Below are positions 42,215 through 52,298 of a stretch of DNA of 64,000 nt, piece after piece. Source of the stretch: Rhodothermales bacterium (lineage in GTDB: Bacteria > Bacteroidota > Rhodothermia > Rhodothermales > VXPQ01); the NCBI GenBank assembly GCA_040904565.1, contig JBBDTI010000061.1:42477-106476 (forward strand), given 5' to 3'. The translations under genes were made by a program, and so were the position numbers. The notes below the pieces were generated by a model, which was given only the letters and a program-made list of their open reading frames with translations, was not told the DNA's origin and did not search any database. The stretch's first letter is position 1. Every line of letters starts with the position of its first letter.

Positions 42215-43408
42215 TCAGGGTTGATGTTCGAGCGGCTTCTTTCGACGTCCAACCTCTTCGATGAGGCAAGCAGCTGCCTCCGGACCGTCGAGCGCTTCCA
42301 TCTCTCGTTGAATCCGTCGGGCCCCCTGACGGTACCGTGGGTCGTCGAGCACGGCGCGGACAGCACGGCGAACGTCCGCTCTCTTCAGATCGGCGCGGCG
42401 CAGCGTCAATCCCGCGTGGAGGTCGGAAAACCGCTGCGCGTTCACCGGATGATCGGCCGCAAGGGGAACGAAGACGACCGGCACGCCGGAGCCGAGCATT
42501 GTCAGCGTCGATGTCAGGCCGCCGTGCAGTATGGCCGCGTCGACGTAGGTTGCAACCCGACTGAAGGGGAGATAGGGTTCGACGTGCACGCTCGGCGGCA
42601 GGTCCCCCAGGAGGGACGGATCTAGGTCGCGCCCTGCAGCAACGATGACATGCATCGACTCGTCACGCAAGCCTTCCACAAGTACGCGAAATAGATCGAT
42701 GTCGCGGTTGAACACCGAGCCCAGTGATATCAGCAGCGTCGGCGCTCCATCCAGATGCTCGAAATAGGCGGGCAGGCCGCTGTCGACGGTCTCGTCGTGG
42801 ACAACGGGACGGACTGAACGGGTGACAGCAGGCAGCAGCGGATCCGGCATCCGGTAGCTGGGCGGCACGAAGTCGAGTCGGAGGAACGCGAACAGCCGAC
42901 TCAGATCTTCGTCAGGCGGGAGCGCGAACGTTCTCCTCACGTCGCTCAACACCGGGCCAAGGGATGCCCGCAGCCAGACCATCGGAACGGTTACGATCCC
43001 GCTGATACCCAGCGTCACGTGAGGAATCCCGAGCGCCTCCGCAGCGACGTAGCCGCCGAACTCGAGCAGGTCGTGAATCACTACGTCGAACGGCCACTCC
43101 TCAGCAAGATCCACCAGATCACGGGCCATCGGGGGCGTACACTGGCGGACGAAAATGTCTTCCAGTAGAACGCGTCCTCGATCCTCATTCGGAACGGACC
43201 GAATTTCCGGGAACGCCTCTTCGTATGCGTCGGCGGACCAGTCGAGGCCGGCCGGGCAGCAGCGGAAGCCCGCCCCTTCTACAACCGGTGCGAAGGTGGC
43301 CGCGGTGGCGATGCGCACGTCATGTCCACGATCACAGAGGGCGCGCGCCTGCGGGGCGACCAGGTGGAAATGTGCCAGCGCCGGCTGCACGGTAAAGAGA
43401 CATCGCAT
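42215..43408 (-). CDS. GT1 glycosyltransferase (MGT/EryCIII-like natural-product type)
   Basis: N-terminal catalytic His (LAHFH), GHDVRIAT, SLGSVF, HGGLTST, PLAADHPVNA. Confidence 0.9.
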   Translation of the reverse strand: MRCLFTVQPALAHFHLVAPQARALCDRGHDVRIATAATFAPVVEGAGFRCCPAGLDWSADAYEEAFPEIRSVPNEDRGRVLLEDIFVRQCTPPMARDLVDLAEEWPFDVVIHDLLEFGGYVAAEALGIPHVTLGISGIVTVPMVWLRASLGPVLSDVRRTFALPPDEDLSRLFAFLRLDFVPPSYRMPDPLLPAVTRSVRPVVHDETVDSGLPAYFEHLDGAPTLLISLGSVFNRDIDLFRVLVEGLRDESMHVIVAAGRDLDPSLLGDLPPSVHVEPYLPFSRVATYVDAAILHGGLTSTLTMLGSGVPVVFVPLAADHPVNAQRFSDLHAGLTLRRADLKRADVRRAVRAVLDDPRYRQGARRIQREMEALDGPEAAACLIEEVGRRKKPLEHQP

Positions 43409-43432
43409 ACGAGGAACTGGTTTGGACGGGTG

Positions 43433-44242
43433 TCAGCCAGTACGGTAACGTGAAGGCGCAGCCTCATCAACGGCACCCGCTGTGGAGAGGTGAAGTCGGA
43501 CGGCTTCCAGACGATCGACATAGTCCCGGACCGGTTCAGGAAGGGCCCAGGTATCGAGGGCCCAGCCGACGTCGGGCCGTTGTTGGCGCAGCACGCTCGG
43601 AAAAAGCAGGCCGAGTCCGTGAAATCCGGGAACGAAGATGTAGTCCAGATCCAACGACGTGCCTTCAAGGAAGTCCTCCACCGCCGTCCACACCCCGTTG
43701 CGAGGGGTACCCTCTTCCACAGCATGAAACAGGTGGGCGTTGTAGCCGCCGGCTGCCTGAAGCGCCGCATCGCCAAGCCGAAGCCCTTTCTGCGCATATG
43801 GATGGCGATAGTCTGCCGGGATGGAGTCGGGATCGTAGTAGAGGTCGCGCCGACCGTACGGCCATGCCACGTCGTGAAGCATGACCAGGGGAAACGATCG
43901 CTCCGCCAATCGGGAGTCCGCTTCGATGCGCTTTAGTTCGTGAAAAACCGTGAACCAGTTGTGATCGCCGTCGATGAGTACCATGTCGTAAGCGGGTAGG
44001 CCGGGCAGGGCGTCCAGACTTCGACCCTGATGTACGACGAGCCGCGGGCCGTGCAGCTTCGTCCACAGCGGGACATCGAACTGCGGCGACGGGTCGATAG
44101 TGTGGAGCACCGCGTCGTGGCGATGGCAGAATCCGAGCAGGTGCCGAGTGTGCTCTCCGCGCTCAGCACCGATTTCGACGAGTACCCGCGGCCCAAACAG
44201 ACGCAGCAGCGGGTGTGTCAGTACGTCCCAGTAGGCGTGCAT
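43433..44242 (-). CDS. class I SAM-dependent methyltransferase (Methyltransf_24-like)
   Basis: VEIGAERG, IDGDHNWFTV, MLHDVAWPYGRRD, NGVWTAVEDFL; start trimmed to MHAYWD. Confidence 0.85.
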   Translation of the reverse strand: MHAYWDVLTHPLLRLFGPRVLVEIGAERGEHTRHLLGFCHRHDAVLHTIDPSPQFDVPLWTKLHGPRLVVHQGRSLDALPGLPAYDMVLIDGDHNWFTVFHELKRIEADSRLAERSFPLVMLHDVAWPYGRRDLYYDPDSIPADYRHPYAQKGLRLGDAALQAAGGYNAHLFHAVEEGTPRNGVWTAVEDFLEGTSLDLDYIFVPGFHGLGLLFPSVLRQQRPDVGWALDTWALPEPVRDYVDRLEAVRLHLSTAGAVDEAAPSRYRTG

Positions 44243-44511
44243 TCGATGTGCAACACTGGCGGAATGATGGCGCGGCGGGGGCGAGGAGGCGGGACGGCAA
44301 GAGCGTACCCTTGGAACCGGGTTAAGATAAGGCCGGGCGATTAGAATAGCAGGACCAGGATACGTCGCTTTGCGCAGCACCTGAGTTGCTCCCAGACGAG
44401 GCAGGGAGTACCTTGGCCACACGGAGTTCGGCGGCGATCGTATCGAGTAAATAGGGAGGTGACGTATGCACGAATCCGGACATCCAGCCAAACGAACGAG
44501 GAGCTGAGACG

Positions 44512-45444
44512 ATGAGCGCACGTTTCCCGATGGGCCATCCGTACGGGTGGTTTCACGCCGCCTTTTCCGACGAACTGATGCCGGGCGACGTAGTCCCCAA
44601 GAAGTACTTCGGGCGCGACCTCGTGCTTTTTCGTACGGAGAGTGGACAGGCCCGGGTGCTGGACGCCTTCTGCCCTCATCTCGGGGCACATCTGGGATAC
44701 GGTGGAACGGTCGAAGGCGACATCCTCGCGTGCCCGTTCCACTCCTGGCGCTTCGACGGCGAGGGCGTCCTCGTGGAGGTGCCGTACGCCAAGACCCAGC
44801 CGGATGTGCTCGGGCGCCGCTGTCTGAAGTCGTGGCCCGTCGTGGAGACCAATCGTTCCATCTACGTCTGGTATCATCCCCGCAATCAGCAGCCTGCGTT
44901 CGACGTCACGCACATGCCTGAATTGATGGAAGCGGGAGAGGAATGGACGGCGTTGATTACCCGGCAGTGGACTGTCCACTGCCACATTCAGGAGGCCCAT
45001 GAGAATATTCTCGATGCCGCGCACTTCAGATACGTCCACGGCGTGGACCCCGATTTGCAGGCCGACTTCACCGGTCACCAGAGCTATATCTCCATGGCGG
45101 CGAAGAAACCGGATGGAAACGGAGCCGCCACGATCACGGAGCACAACGGCCCGGGCCAGACCTGGTCTCGCTACACGGGGTTTCCGGAGTTTATCATGTT
45201 GAATCCGGTCACGCCGATTGACGACGAGATCGCGGAGTTTCACGTCGGTGTGGCTTTCAAACGTGTCATCGCCGACAAGATGCCGCAGGTGATCGATATG
45301 GTGCTGGAGAAAATCTGGGAGCAGATCGACAGCGACATCCCGATCTTCGAGCACAAGATCTACCGGACCAGCCCGCTTTACTGCGACGGGGACGGGCCGA
45401 TCGAGCCGTTTCGGCAGTGGTATGCGCAGTTCTACGCGGCGTAG
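44512..45444 (+). CDS. Rieske non-heme iron oxygenase (KshA-like)
   Basis: CPHLGAHL and CPFHSWRF Rieske ligands; ENILDAAHFRYVH Fe site; DIPIFEHK; GAGGAG RBS. Confidence 0.93.
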   Translation: MSARFPMGHPYGWFHAAFSDELMPGDVVPKKYFGRDLVLFRTESGQARVLDAFCPHLGAHLGYGGTVEGDILACPFHSWRFDGEGVLVEVPYAKTQPDVLGRRCLKSWPVVETNRSIYVWYHPRNQQPAFDVTHMPELMEAGEEWTALITRQWTVHCHIQEAHENILDAAHFRYVHGVDPDLQADFTGHQSYISMAAKKPDGNGAATITEHNGPGQTWSRYTGFPEFIMLNPVTPIDDEIAEFHVGVAFKRVIADKMPQVIDMVLEKIWEQIDSDIPIFEHKIYRTSPLYCDGDGPIEPFRQWYAQFYAA

Positions 45445-45453
45445 GGCCAGCCG

Positions 45454-47043
45454 TCACACGAGTTGCTGCGTGGGCTCCGGCAGCAGTGCCGCGCAGGCGT
45501 CGACGCGAGGCCCAAAGTGGTCGTGGATCTCCGTGATTTCGTGCTCGAGAACCTCCTCGCCCGGGCGTCTGCACGCGGCCTCGATGAGGGCTCGGAAGTA
45601 GTCGAACTCCGCCTGGGCAACCGCCCGCCCGTAGGCACGATACGCGGCCCCCAGATCGGTGAAGCCGGCGTGCTCGAGGCGAGGCACGAAGAGCCAAAGC
45701 GCCTCGGGCCGCGGGACGGCCCGAACCCGTTCGACGTAGGCGCGCCGAATGCCCTTGAAGAACCGGCGTACCTCGGCGTCGACGAAATCGTACTCGTATC
45801 GATAAAAGCATCCCGGGCGCTGCCGAAGCAGGCCGGCATCATCCAGGAGATCGTAGAACGCCGTTCCTCGCCGCGGGATCAGGGCGCCGGCGAAAACGGG
45901 GAAGTTTGCACTGCCGAGTTGATCCTGGATGCGTATCTGATCCAGCAGGTCCACGTGCTCGGCCGCTTCATCGAGGGTAATCCACGGGTCCCAGAAGATG
46001 ACATTCGTCTGGAAGTCGAGCGGGAGTTCGCGGGCGATCTCCACGGCGCGGAAGATGTCCGTCTGCTTGTACCCCTTGTTGTACAGCTTGAGCTGACGAG
46101 GCAGCATCGACTCCATCCCGAGCGAGATGTGACTCAGACCGACGTCGCAGAAATCGCGCAGGAGCTCGGAGCCTCTCACCACGTCGGCCACACGAAGCTC
46201 CACCCCCCAGTGAATATCGAGATCGCGCTCCTTCAGGCAGTCCAGAAAGGCCGCACACCACGCCCGCTCCCGTTTGGATGACAGGCCGAAATCGTCGTCG
46301 TATATCATGAACTCCGTGCTTCCGTTGTCGACGCAGTAGGCGATTTCGTCGACGACGTCCTCGGGCGCGCGCTGGCGAAGTATCGGGCCCAGTTTGAGGT
46401 CGTAGAACGGCACCATGGAACAGAAGGCGCACCGGCTCATGCAGCCTCGGCGCGTGACGATGGGCGTAACATCCCCCGATTCAGGCCACTGCCGTCGCGG
46501 CCAGGAAATGGTGGTGACATCCGTCAGAGCGGCTTCCGGATTCGAACGAATGGAATCCCCATCACGGTAGACGAGGTTGGGCACCTCTTCGACGGGAATA
46601 TCTCCTTCGAGATGTGCCACCAGGGCACGCAGCGCAGTCTCGCCCTCACGAACGATCACGTAGTCGACCTCGGGCCAAGCGCGAAGAATGTCCTCAGCGT
46701 GAAAGGTGGCCGTGTAGCCGCCGACGACGATGGGCCCGTCATACGCGAGGCGGAGCAGGGAAAGCGTATGGTGCGTCGGTTCCATCGTGACGTCGTACAG
46801 CGTGAAGCCGACGAGCGACGGGTTCTGCGCGTTGATCTTCGACGCGAGCATCAGCGGCGGTGTGCCTTCGTACTGTTCGTCGAACGTCACGACGGGGTAG
46901 CCGGCGTCTTCAAGCACGCCGGCGAGGTACATGATGCCGATGTTGGGCATCCTACCGAGGAAGCCCTGCACCGCATATCCCTCGCGTTGCTGCGCCGGTT
47001 CGGGCGCGACAGCCAGCACGACGGGATGGGGTTGAGAAGACAT
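45454..47043 (-). CDS. B12-binding radical SAM enzyme (class B methyltransferase-like)
   Basis: N-terminal cobalamin-binding domain (GIMYLAGVL, VVGGYTAT, VREGE); RGCMSRCAFC; DDDF. Confidence 0.92.
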   Translation of the reverse strand: MSSQPHPVVLAVAPEPAQQREGYAVQGFLGRMPNIGIMYLAGVLEDAGYPVVTFDEQYEGTPPLMLASKINAQNPSLVGFTLYDVTMEPTHHTLSLLRLAYDGPIVVGGYTATFHAEDILRAWPEVDYVIVREGETALRALVAHLEGDIPVEEVPNLVYRDGDSIRSNPEAALTDVTTISWPRRQWPESGDVTPIVTRRGCMSRCAFCSMVPFYDLKLGPILRQRAPEDVVDEIAYCVDNGSTEFMIYDDDFGLSSKRERAWCAAFLDCLKERDLDIHWGVELRVADVVRGSELLRDFCDVGLSHISLGMESMLPRQLKLYNKGYKQTDIFRAVEIARELPLDFQTNVIFWDPWITLDEAAEHVDLLDQIRIQDQLGSANFPVFAGALIPRRGTAFYDLLDDAGLLRQRPGCFYRYEYDFVDAEVRRFFKGIRRAYVERVRAVPRPEALWLFVPRLEHAGFTDLGAAYRAYGRAVAQAEFDYFRALIEAACRRPGEEVLEHEITEIHDHFGPRVDACAALLPEPTQQLV

Positions 47044-47063
47044 GGGACGGGACTTTGAGAGTG

Positions 47064-47960
47064 CTACGTGGGCTGGATGGGTGAAGCCGGCTCGTTGAAG
47101 CTGCGCAGCCAGGCCTCGCCGGTCTCCAGAAAGAGAGTCTTAACAAGGGCGACCGCTTCCGCCTCCGTCATGTCCCGATCCCGGGCCAGCCGGCGAGCGA
47201 GGTGCGTGTGCAGCTCGACGAGGGCACGCGGCAAGCCCATGGTAGGTGCGTGCAGCTTCAAAAGCTCGTTGGCGCCGTGAATGCGGTACGTCACCAGAGG
47301 CACGGGGAGCATGCCGAGGGGTCGCCGCGCGGCCATGCACGCCCACATCAACCAGTCCGACGTGCCCCTCAGGGCAGGCTCAAACCCACCCTGCTCCTGC
47401 AGCGCAGCCTTGCGCGCGACGACACCTGACATACAGAAGAGGCATCCGGCAACAAAGTCGCCCAGGCCGAGCGCCGCCGCACGATCGGCGTCCAGTCGAT
47501 AGATCATCCTGGCCCAGTCTTCGAGAAAAGGCATGGCCGGCACCCCGTCGAAAAAGAGCTCCGGCCAACAGCCGACCGCATCCAGACGTGGACGTTCGCT
47601 GATGAATTCGGCCTGCAGAGCGAGCTTGTCGGGCATCCAGACATCATCCTGATCGAGGAACGCAATCCAGGGGGCGCGGGCGGCGGCGACGCCAGCATTC
47701 CGCGAAGCGGCCACGCGGCGGCGGGCGCCCCCCTCGTGATGAATGAGCACTGCCCGCTGCGACTGGTCCTGTATCCACGAGCGCGCAATGTCGGCGGAGG
47801 CGTCGGATGATCCGTCGTCGATGATGCAGCACTCCCATCCGGGGAACGACTGCGCCGTGATGCTTGCGAGAGCTTCCTCAAGATAGTTGGCGCCATCGTG
47901 CACGGGCACGACCACCGTGAAGAAGGGAGCGGGAAGAGAGCGGTTCGCCTGCATGCGCAT
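47064..47960 (-). CDS. GT2 glycosyltransferase
   Basis: VVVPVHD, IIDDGSSD, SRNAG, FLDQDD (DxD), YRIH. Confidence 0.92.
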   Translation of the reverse strand: MRMQANRSLPAPFFTVVVPVHDGANYLEEALASITAQSFPGWECCIIDDGSSDASADIARSWIQDQSQRAVLIHHEGGARRRVAASRNAGVAAARAPWIAFLDQDDVWMPDKLALQAEFISERPRLDAVGCWPELFFDGVPAMPFLEDWARMIYRLDADRAAALGLGDFVAGCLFCMSGVVARKAALQEQGGFEPALRGTSDWLMWACMAARRPLGMLPVPLVTYRIHGANELLKLHAPTMGLPRALVELHTHLARRLARDRDMTEAEAVALVKTLFLETGEAWLRSFNEPASPIQPT

Positions 47961-47973
47961 CGAGGGGCGGTCG

Positions 47974-48903
47974 TTAGAAGGACGCTTTCCAGAAGGACTT
48001 CAGTTCCGTGCGCATCATGCGCATGCAGAGATCGCACTCGGTAGCGTACCGCTCCCCTTCAACTTCACGCGCCACCGCGCGGCGGCCTTCTTCCGTAAGC
48101 CCATCGAGAAATCCACGGCGTCGCATTTTCTGGAACAGCGGGGAGGCTTCCAGGCGGTTGAAGGCCTCGGGGAGCGACGCGGCACCATCGGTTGCCGGAA
48201 CGGAAAATGGCGACGCCTCTACGGCCGTGGACCAGCAGCACCCATGCAGTGCGGCATCGTCATCGATGAAGACATTCCCCAGCACGCATCCGCGAGGGAT
48301 ACGATCGAGGTCCGCGGCATCCTGCACCGTCACCTCTTCGGCATCGAGCACGGAGTGGACGGCGTTGCCTACACTCACGGTGCGCATCGGATAGATGTGC
48401 GTGGCGAGCACTTTCATGCCGCCGAGCTGCGTGATGAGTGACTCCTTTTCTTCCTCCCTCGTGTACGCAATTTCGAACACCAGCTTGATGCCGTGCTGCA
48501 CGGCACTCATGGCGGCGTGACGGTAGTGCTCGAGCGTAAGGAATTCGAGGTGGTACGCGTCGTAGCTGAGAATGAGCAGGTCGAGGCCCTTTACCCGGTC
48601 AAGAAAGCGGTCGGCCGACGCCATTCTGGACGCCCACACTGGCGCGCTCACAATGGCGCTCAGGAGGCCCGCCTCGTCGCAGGCTTCAATGCCGGCGCGG
48701 ATCAGGTGCGGGCTCAGCGAAGGCTCGCCGCCGGCCATGAGGATGACGTCATACACGTCGGGATCCACACTGCGAATGAGACCCGCGAGATCCTCCTGCG
48801 TGAGATGCAGATCCTCTCCCTTGAAATCCTCGCTGAAACCGATCGAACAGTGCTTGCACTTGAGCGGGCACCGCTTGTTTATGTTGATCGAAACGGTTCG
48901 CAT
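47974..48903 (-). CDS. radical SAM protein with C-terminal Cys cluster (twitch-like)
   Basis: CPLKCKHC, GGEP, SYDAYH, GC..HGCC..ECDLC. Confidence 0.9.
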   Translation of the reverse strand: MRTVSININKRCPLKCKHCSIGFSEDFKGEDLHLTQEDLAGLIRSVDPDVYDVILMAGGEPSLSPHLIRAGIEACDEAGLLSAIVSAPVWASRMASADRFLDRVKGLDLLILSYDAYHLEFLTLEHYRHAAMSAVQHGIKLVFEIAYTREEEKESLITQLGGMKVLATHIYPMRTVSVGNAVHSVLDAEEVTVQDAADLDRIPRGCVLGNVFIDDDAALHGCCWSTAVEASPFSVPATDGAASLPEAFNRLEASPLFQKMRRRGFLDGLTEEGRRAVAREVEGERYATECDLCMRMMRTELKSFWKASF

Positions 48904-48956
48904 GAGCGGGGCCCGGTTGAAGGAACGCAGTGCCGCACACTGGGTGCGGCCGGAGG

Positions 48957-50210
48957 TCAGGCGAGGAAGCCATGTACGACGTCGGCGGCGGACGGCAGGG
49001 CGGCCACCTGCTTAAGGTATCCCTCTTGCCGATCCGCCATGGCCTGCCGGGCGTCGGCATCGTCAAGCAGCAGGCGGCATCGCGCCAGCACGACCGCCTC
49101 GTCGAGCAGTTCGACGCGATCGAGGGCTTCGCAGTACGGATTGTTTTCCAGCAGCGGATGCAGGAACTCGTGATAACCCAGCGGCCAGAGAGAAAACGCG
49201 TAGATCGGAAGGGCGTCTTTCAACAGGCTCTCGGCTCGCGGCGTGAGACGTCCTCCGAAGACCGCATGCGCGTCATCGATCGTGTTCAGCGGCCTCGAAT
49301 TCTCCAGTACGAGAACAGGAACGCGCAGATGGAAGGCACGCGTGATGGTCGTCGCCGAGATATTGGCCGAAAGGAAGAGGTCCGTGCACCGTAGGAGCTC
49401 GTTAAATGCTGTGTGGCCGAGCGGTGCCAGCCAGTGATAGTTCTCACCCAGGCTCGAAACGAGTGGGTACGGCTCGGGACCCACGTGGACGAGGTGCACG
49501 TCCGGGCCGAGCTGCCGGAAGTACTCACCGATGAGCGCGGGCAGCACGTCCGCGAGGCGCTTCCGGTCGGCAGGCCCGTCCGCATGCTGCTGCCACGGGG
49601 CCGTACAGAAGAGGACCAGGCGGTCGCGATCGGGAATGCACAACCGGCTGCGCCAGTTCGATGCAGTGGAAGGCACTGTCAGCGTCGGCAGACATGCGAA
49701 TTTGCCGGGGCGCTGATCGCCAGGCGCCATCGGCACGGGAATCAATCGATGATCGATCCGCTCAAACTCCTCCAGACGCTGCGCAATGTCACCATAGATG
49801 AGCGAGCCCTCAGTGCCGCCGTAGAGATCGATCCGATGTCCTGTCGACTGATAGTCCCAGGTGTCCAATGACATGACGGCACTGTCGTACTCCAGAAGAA
49901 AAGACGTGTCGCTAATGCCGCGATAGTGGAGGTAGTTGGCCGTGTTGAAATAGTCGAAATAGATGACGGTCGTCGGCTTGAGGCGGCGCATGCACGTATC
50001 CAGCATCAGCCGGACAAGGCCATCGAGATGATCGACCACGTAGTCGAATGAGAAGCCGGCGGCCTGGAAAATTGGGCGCAGTGCATCGTGGATAAGGAGA
50101 AACACCTCATCACCGGCGGCCCGGAGATCCTGCGCGACGCGAAGGGCCATGGCCGCACGTCCCCACGAATGGGGATGCAGGGCGACAAGGAGATGACTAT
50201 TCGTACGCAT
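48957..50210 (-). CDS. GT-B-like protein (DUF6365-like), paralog 2
   Basis: Shares VLFCTAxWQ, VHLVHVGP, DLxxSANxSATT, WPxGY..LxPLLxxNPYC with 51068-52285; family name from recollection only. Confidence 0.7.
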   Translation of the reverse strand: MRTNSHLLVALHPHSWGRAAMALRVAQDLRAAGDEVFLLIHDALRPIFQAAGFSFDYVVDHLDGLVRLMLDTCMRRLKPTTVIYFDYFNTANYLHYRGISDTSFLLEYDSAVMSLDTWDYQSTGHRIDLYGGTEGSLIYGDIAQRLEEFERIDHRLIPVPMAPGDQRPGKFACLPTLTVPSTASNWRSRLCIPDRDRLVLFCTAPWQQHADGPADRKRLADVLPALIGEYFRQLGPDVHLVHVGPEPYPLVSSLGENYHWLAPLGHTAFNELLRCTDLFLSANISATTITRAFHLRVPVLVLENSRPLNTIDDAHAVFGGRLTPRAESLLKDALPIYAFSLWPLGYHEFLHPLLENNPYCEALDRVELLDEAVVLARCRLLLDDADARQAMADRQEGYLKQVAALPSAADVVHGFLA

Positions 50211-50227
50211 AACTGTGTGGACGCGCG

Positions 50228-51058
50228 CTAGCGGCCGTTTGCATGGATGTCGTCGATCTCGCCATCAACGGGCCGCGGCCGGTCCGCATCGGCGTGCCCG
50301 TTCCCAGAGCGGCCGAACAGGGCAGCGAGGCCTTCACGCGTGCCGAGATCAGTGAAACGACCTTCAGGGAAATGAACGGCCCGAACGGAAAGCCCGCGGC
50401 GGCAGGCGTCATCAAAGACCGCTCCCAGAATCACCTCCTCGCTGGCCGAATCCATGCAGTGCTGGCGGAGGAGCTCTGTAAAGCGAGGAGTCCACGCAGC
50501 AAGCGCCCAGGTATTGAAGTGTTTCGGTTGCCGCGGCTTGTCGAAAACGGCTCCGACCGTGCCGTCGGCCCTCACGGCCACGGGTCCCAGTTCGTTCGGC
50601 CGCCGCGTGGGAAAGACGCCCAGAACAAGATCCGCCTCGCAGCGGACGAGCTCATCATAGACCTGCTGGAGAGCATCCTGAGGTTCAAAGAGCGTGTCGG
50701 GCATCGCCATGCAGCAGTCGGTCTCGAAAGGAGCCGCCCAACGACAGGCCTGCTCGACCGCATGGGCAAGACCCAGCGGTTTCTCCTGCACGACGTAGGC
50801 AAGCTGCAGGCCGTGGGCCGAGCCGTCGCCGAGATACCGCATGATGTCGGCCTTGGCGTCGGAAACCACAACGATGCAGCGGGTAGCGTCCGCCTGACGT
50901 GCAGCCTGAAGAACATGTTCGATGACAAGCTGCGGTCGTACCTCGCGTCCATCAACGCTCCACGCGTAGCTCACCGGAAGGAGTTCTTTCGGGTAGCGAA
51001 ACGGGCGCAGCCGGGAGCTGAGTCCGGCGGCAGGAACGATGCCTATCACGTGACGCAT
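50228..51058 (-). CDS. sugar-1-phosphate nucleotidyltransferase (RmlA-like)
   Basis: GIVPAAGLSSRLRP..PKELLPV, YVVQEKPLGLAHAV, MPD, DKP, DLGT. Confidence 0.9.
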   Translation of the reverse strand: MRHVIGIVPAAGLSSRLRPFRYPKELLPVSYAWSVDGREVRPQLVIEHVLQAARQADATRCIVVVSDAKADIMRYLGDGSAHGLQLAYVVQEKPLGLAHAVEQACRWAAPFETDCCMAMPDTLFEPQDALQQVYDELVRCEADLVLGVFPTRRPNELGPVAVRADGTVGAVFDKPRQPKHFNTWALAAWTPRFTELLRQHCMDSASEEVILGAVFDDACRRGLSVRAVHFPEGRFTDLGTREGLAALFGRSGNGHADADRPRPVDGEIDDIHANGR

Positions 51059-51067
51059 GAAATCTCC

Positions 51068-52285
51068 TCAAACGTATTCCGAGATAATGTTCGATACAAG
51101 ATGACCTGCCGTGGGAAGTTGGCGTGTCTGATCGACGTACTCCCGCTGCCGTTCGAGATGACGCGCGCGGGTATCCCCATCGAAAAGGAGGCCGTTGAGC
51201 GAGGCGAGGACTGTCTCCTCGTCGAAGATCTCAAGGAGCGGAACGACGTCGCAGTACGGGTTGCCATCGAGCAGCGGCTGGAGGAACACCTGATAACCCA
51301 CGGGCCACATGTAGAACGGGTAGATCGGCGCGGCCTCGCGAATCCATGCGGCCAGCGTATCGGACACCTGCCGATCTCCCAACTCGCCCAGGTCCGTCAG
51401 CGCCGTCGTATTGGTCAACACCACGGAGGGCACGTCGGCAACGAGGGCTCTGGCGATCGTCGTCGCCGACACATTTGCGCTGACAAGCAGATCCATCGAC
51501 GCCAGTAGCAGCGCAAACTTGTCAGGGGGCAGAGAGGGCAGCCAGTGGTAGCGATCACCCAGCTCCGCGGGGAAGGCGGCGGGACCGACGTGAACCAGGT
51601 GCACGGGCCCGTCGAGCCGTGCGACGTACTGTGCGATGAGCACTGGCAGCAAGCGGGCCAGCCGGTTTCCGTGGTCACTTGTGAAACGCGCGTGCTGCCA
51701 CGCAGCAGTACAGAACAGCACCACCGGCTCGTCTGGAGGGATGCCAAGATCCCGTCGAATGTGGCGCCGCACCTTCTTGTGGACGTTTTCAGGGACCGGC
51801 AGCGTGCAGTACTTGTCCTTCGTGTCCCCTGGTGGAGCGATGGGGACCGGAATCAGCCGGTAGTCGAGCAGAGCCGACCAGTCATCAAAATCACGGCGGC
51901 CGTTCCCAAAAACGTCGATGGTGGTCCCGCTGCGCCGCATGTCCCATGTATCGATCATGCCGACCGGAACGTCGAGCTGCGTGAGAAACGAAGGGTCCAG
52001 CCGAGCGCGCTCGAACGCCAGGTCGGTCGTGAAGTAGTCGGAAAGGATGACGGAGTCCGGCTTCGACTTCTGAACGCGCGTGAGCAAAATCGCTTTCAGG
52101 AGTCCGAGCGCGTGGTCAGTGACCTTCATGTGCCGAAACGGCGTGTCCACAAGGAGCGGAAGGGCCGACTCGTGCACGAGGAAGTTGCACTCGTGTCCGG
52201 CCTCGTGCAGCTCCCGGGCGACACGGATTCCGAGAATCGTCTCGCCGTAGCCTTTCGCGCTGAGCGCGACGAACAGATACTTCAT
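51068..52285 (-). CDS. GT-B-like protein (DUF6365-like), paralog 1
   Basis: MKYLFVALSAKGYGETILG..GHECNFL GT-B-type N-terminus; conserved blocks shared with 48957-50210. Confidence 0.7.
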   Translation of the reverse strand: MKYLFVALSAKGYGETILGIRVARELHEAGHECNFLVHESALPLLVDTPFRHMKVTDHALGLLKAILLTRVQKSKPDSVILSDYFTTDLAFERARLDPSFLTQLDVPVGMIDTWDMRRSGTTIDVFGNGRRDFDDWSALLDYRLIPVPIAPPGDTKDKYCTLPVPENVHKKVRRHIRRDLGIPPDEPVVLFCTAAWQHARFTSDHGNRLARLLPVLIAQYVARLDGPVHLVHVGPAAFPAELGDRYHWLPSLPPDKFALLLASMDLLVSANVSATTIARALVADVPSVVLTNTTALTDLGELGDRQVSDTLAAWIREAAPIYPFYMWPVGYQVFLQPLLDGNPYCDVVPLLEIFDEETVLASLNGLLFDGDTRARHLERQREYVDQTRQLPTAGHLVSNIISEYV

Positions 52286-52298
52286 ATCGGGTCGGCTT

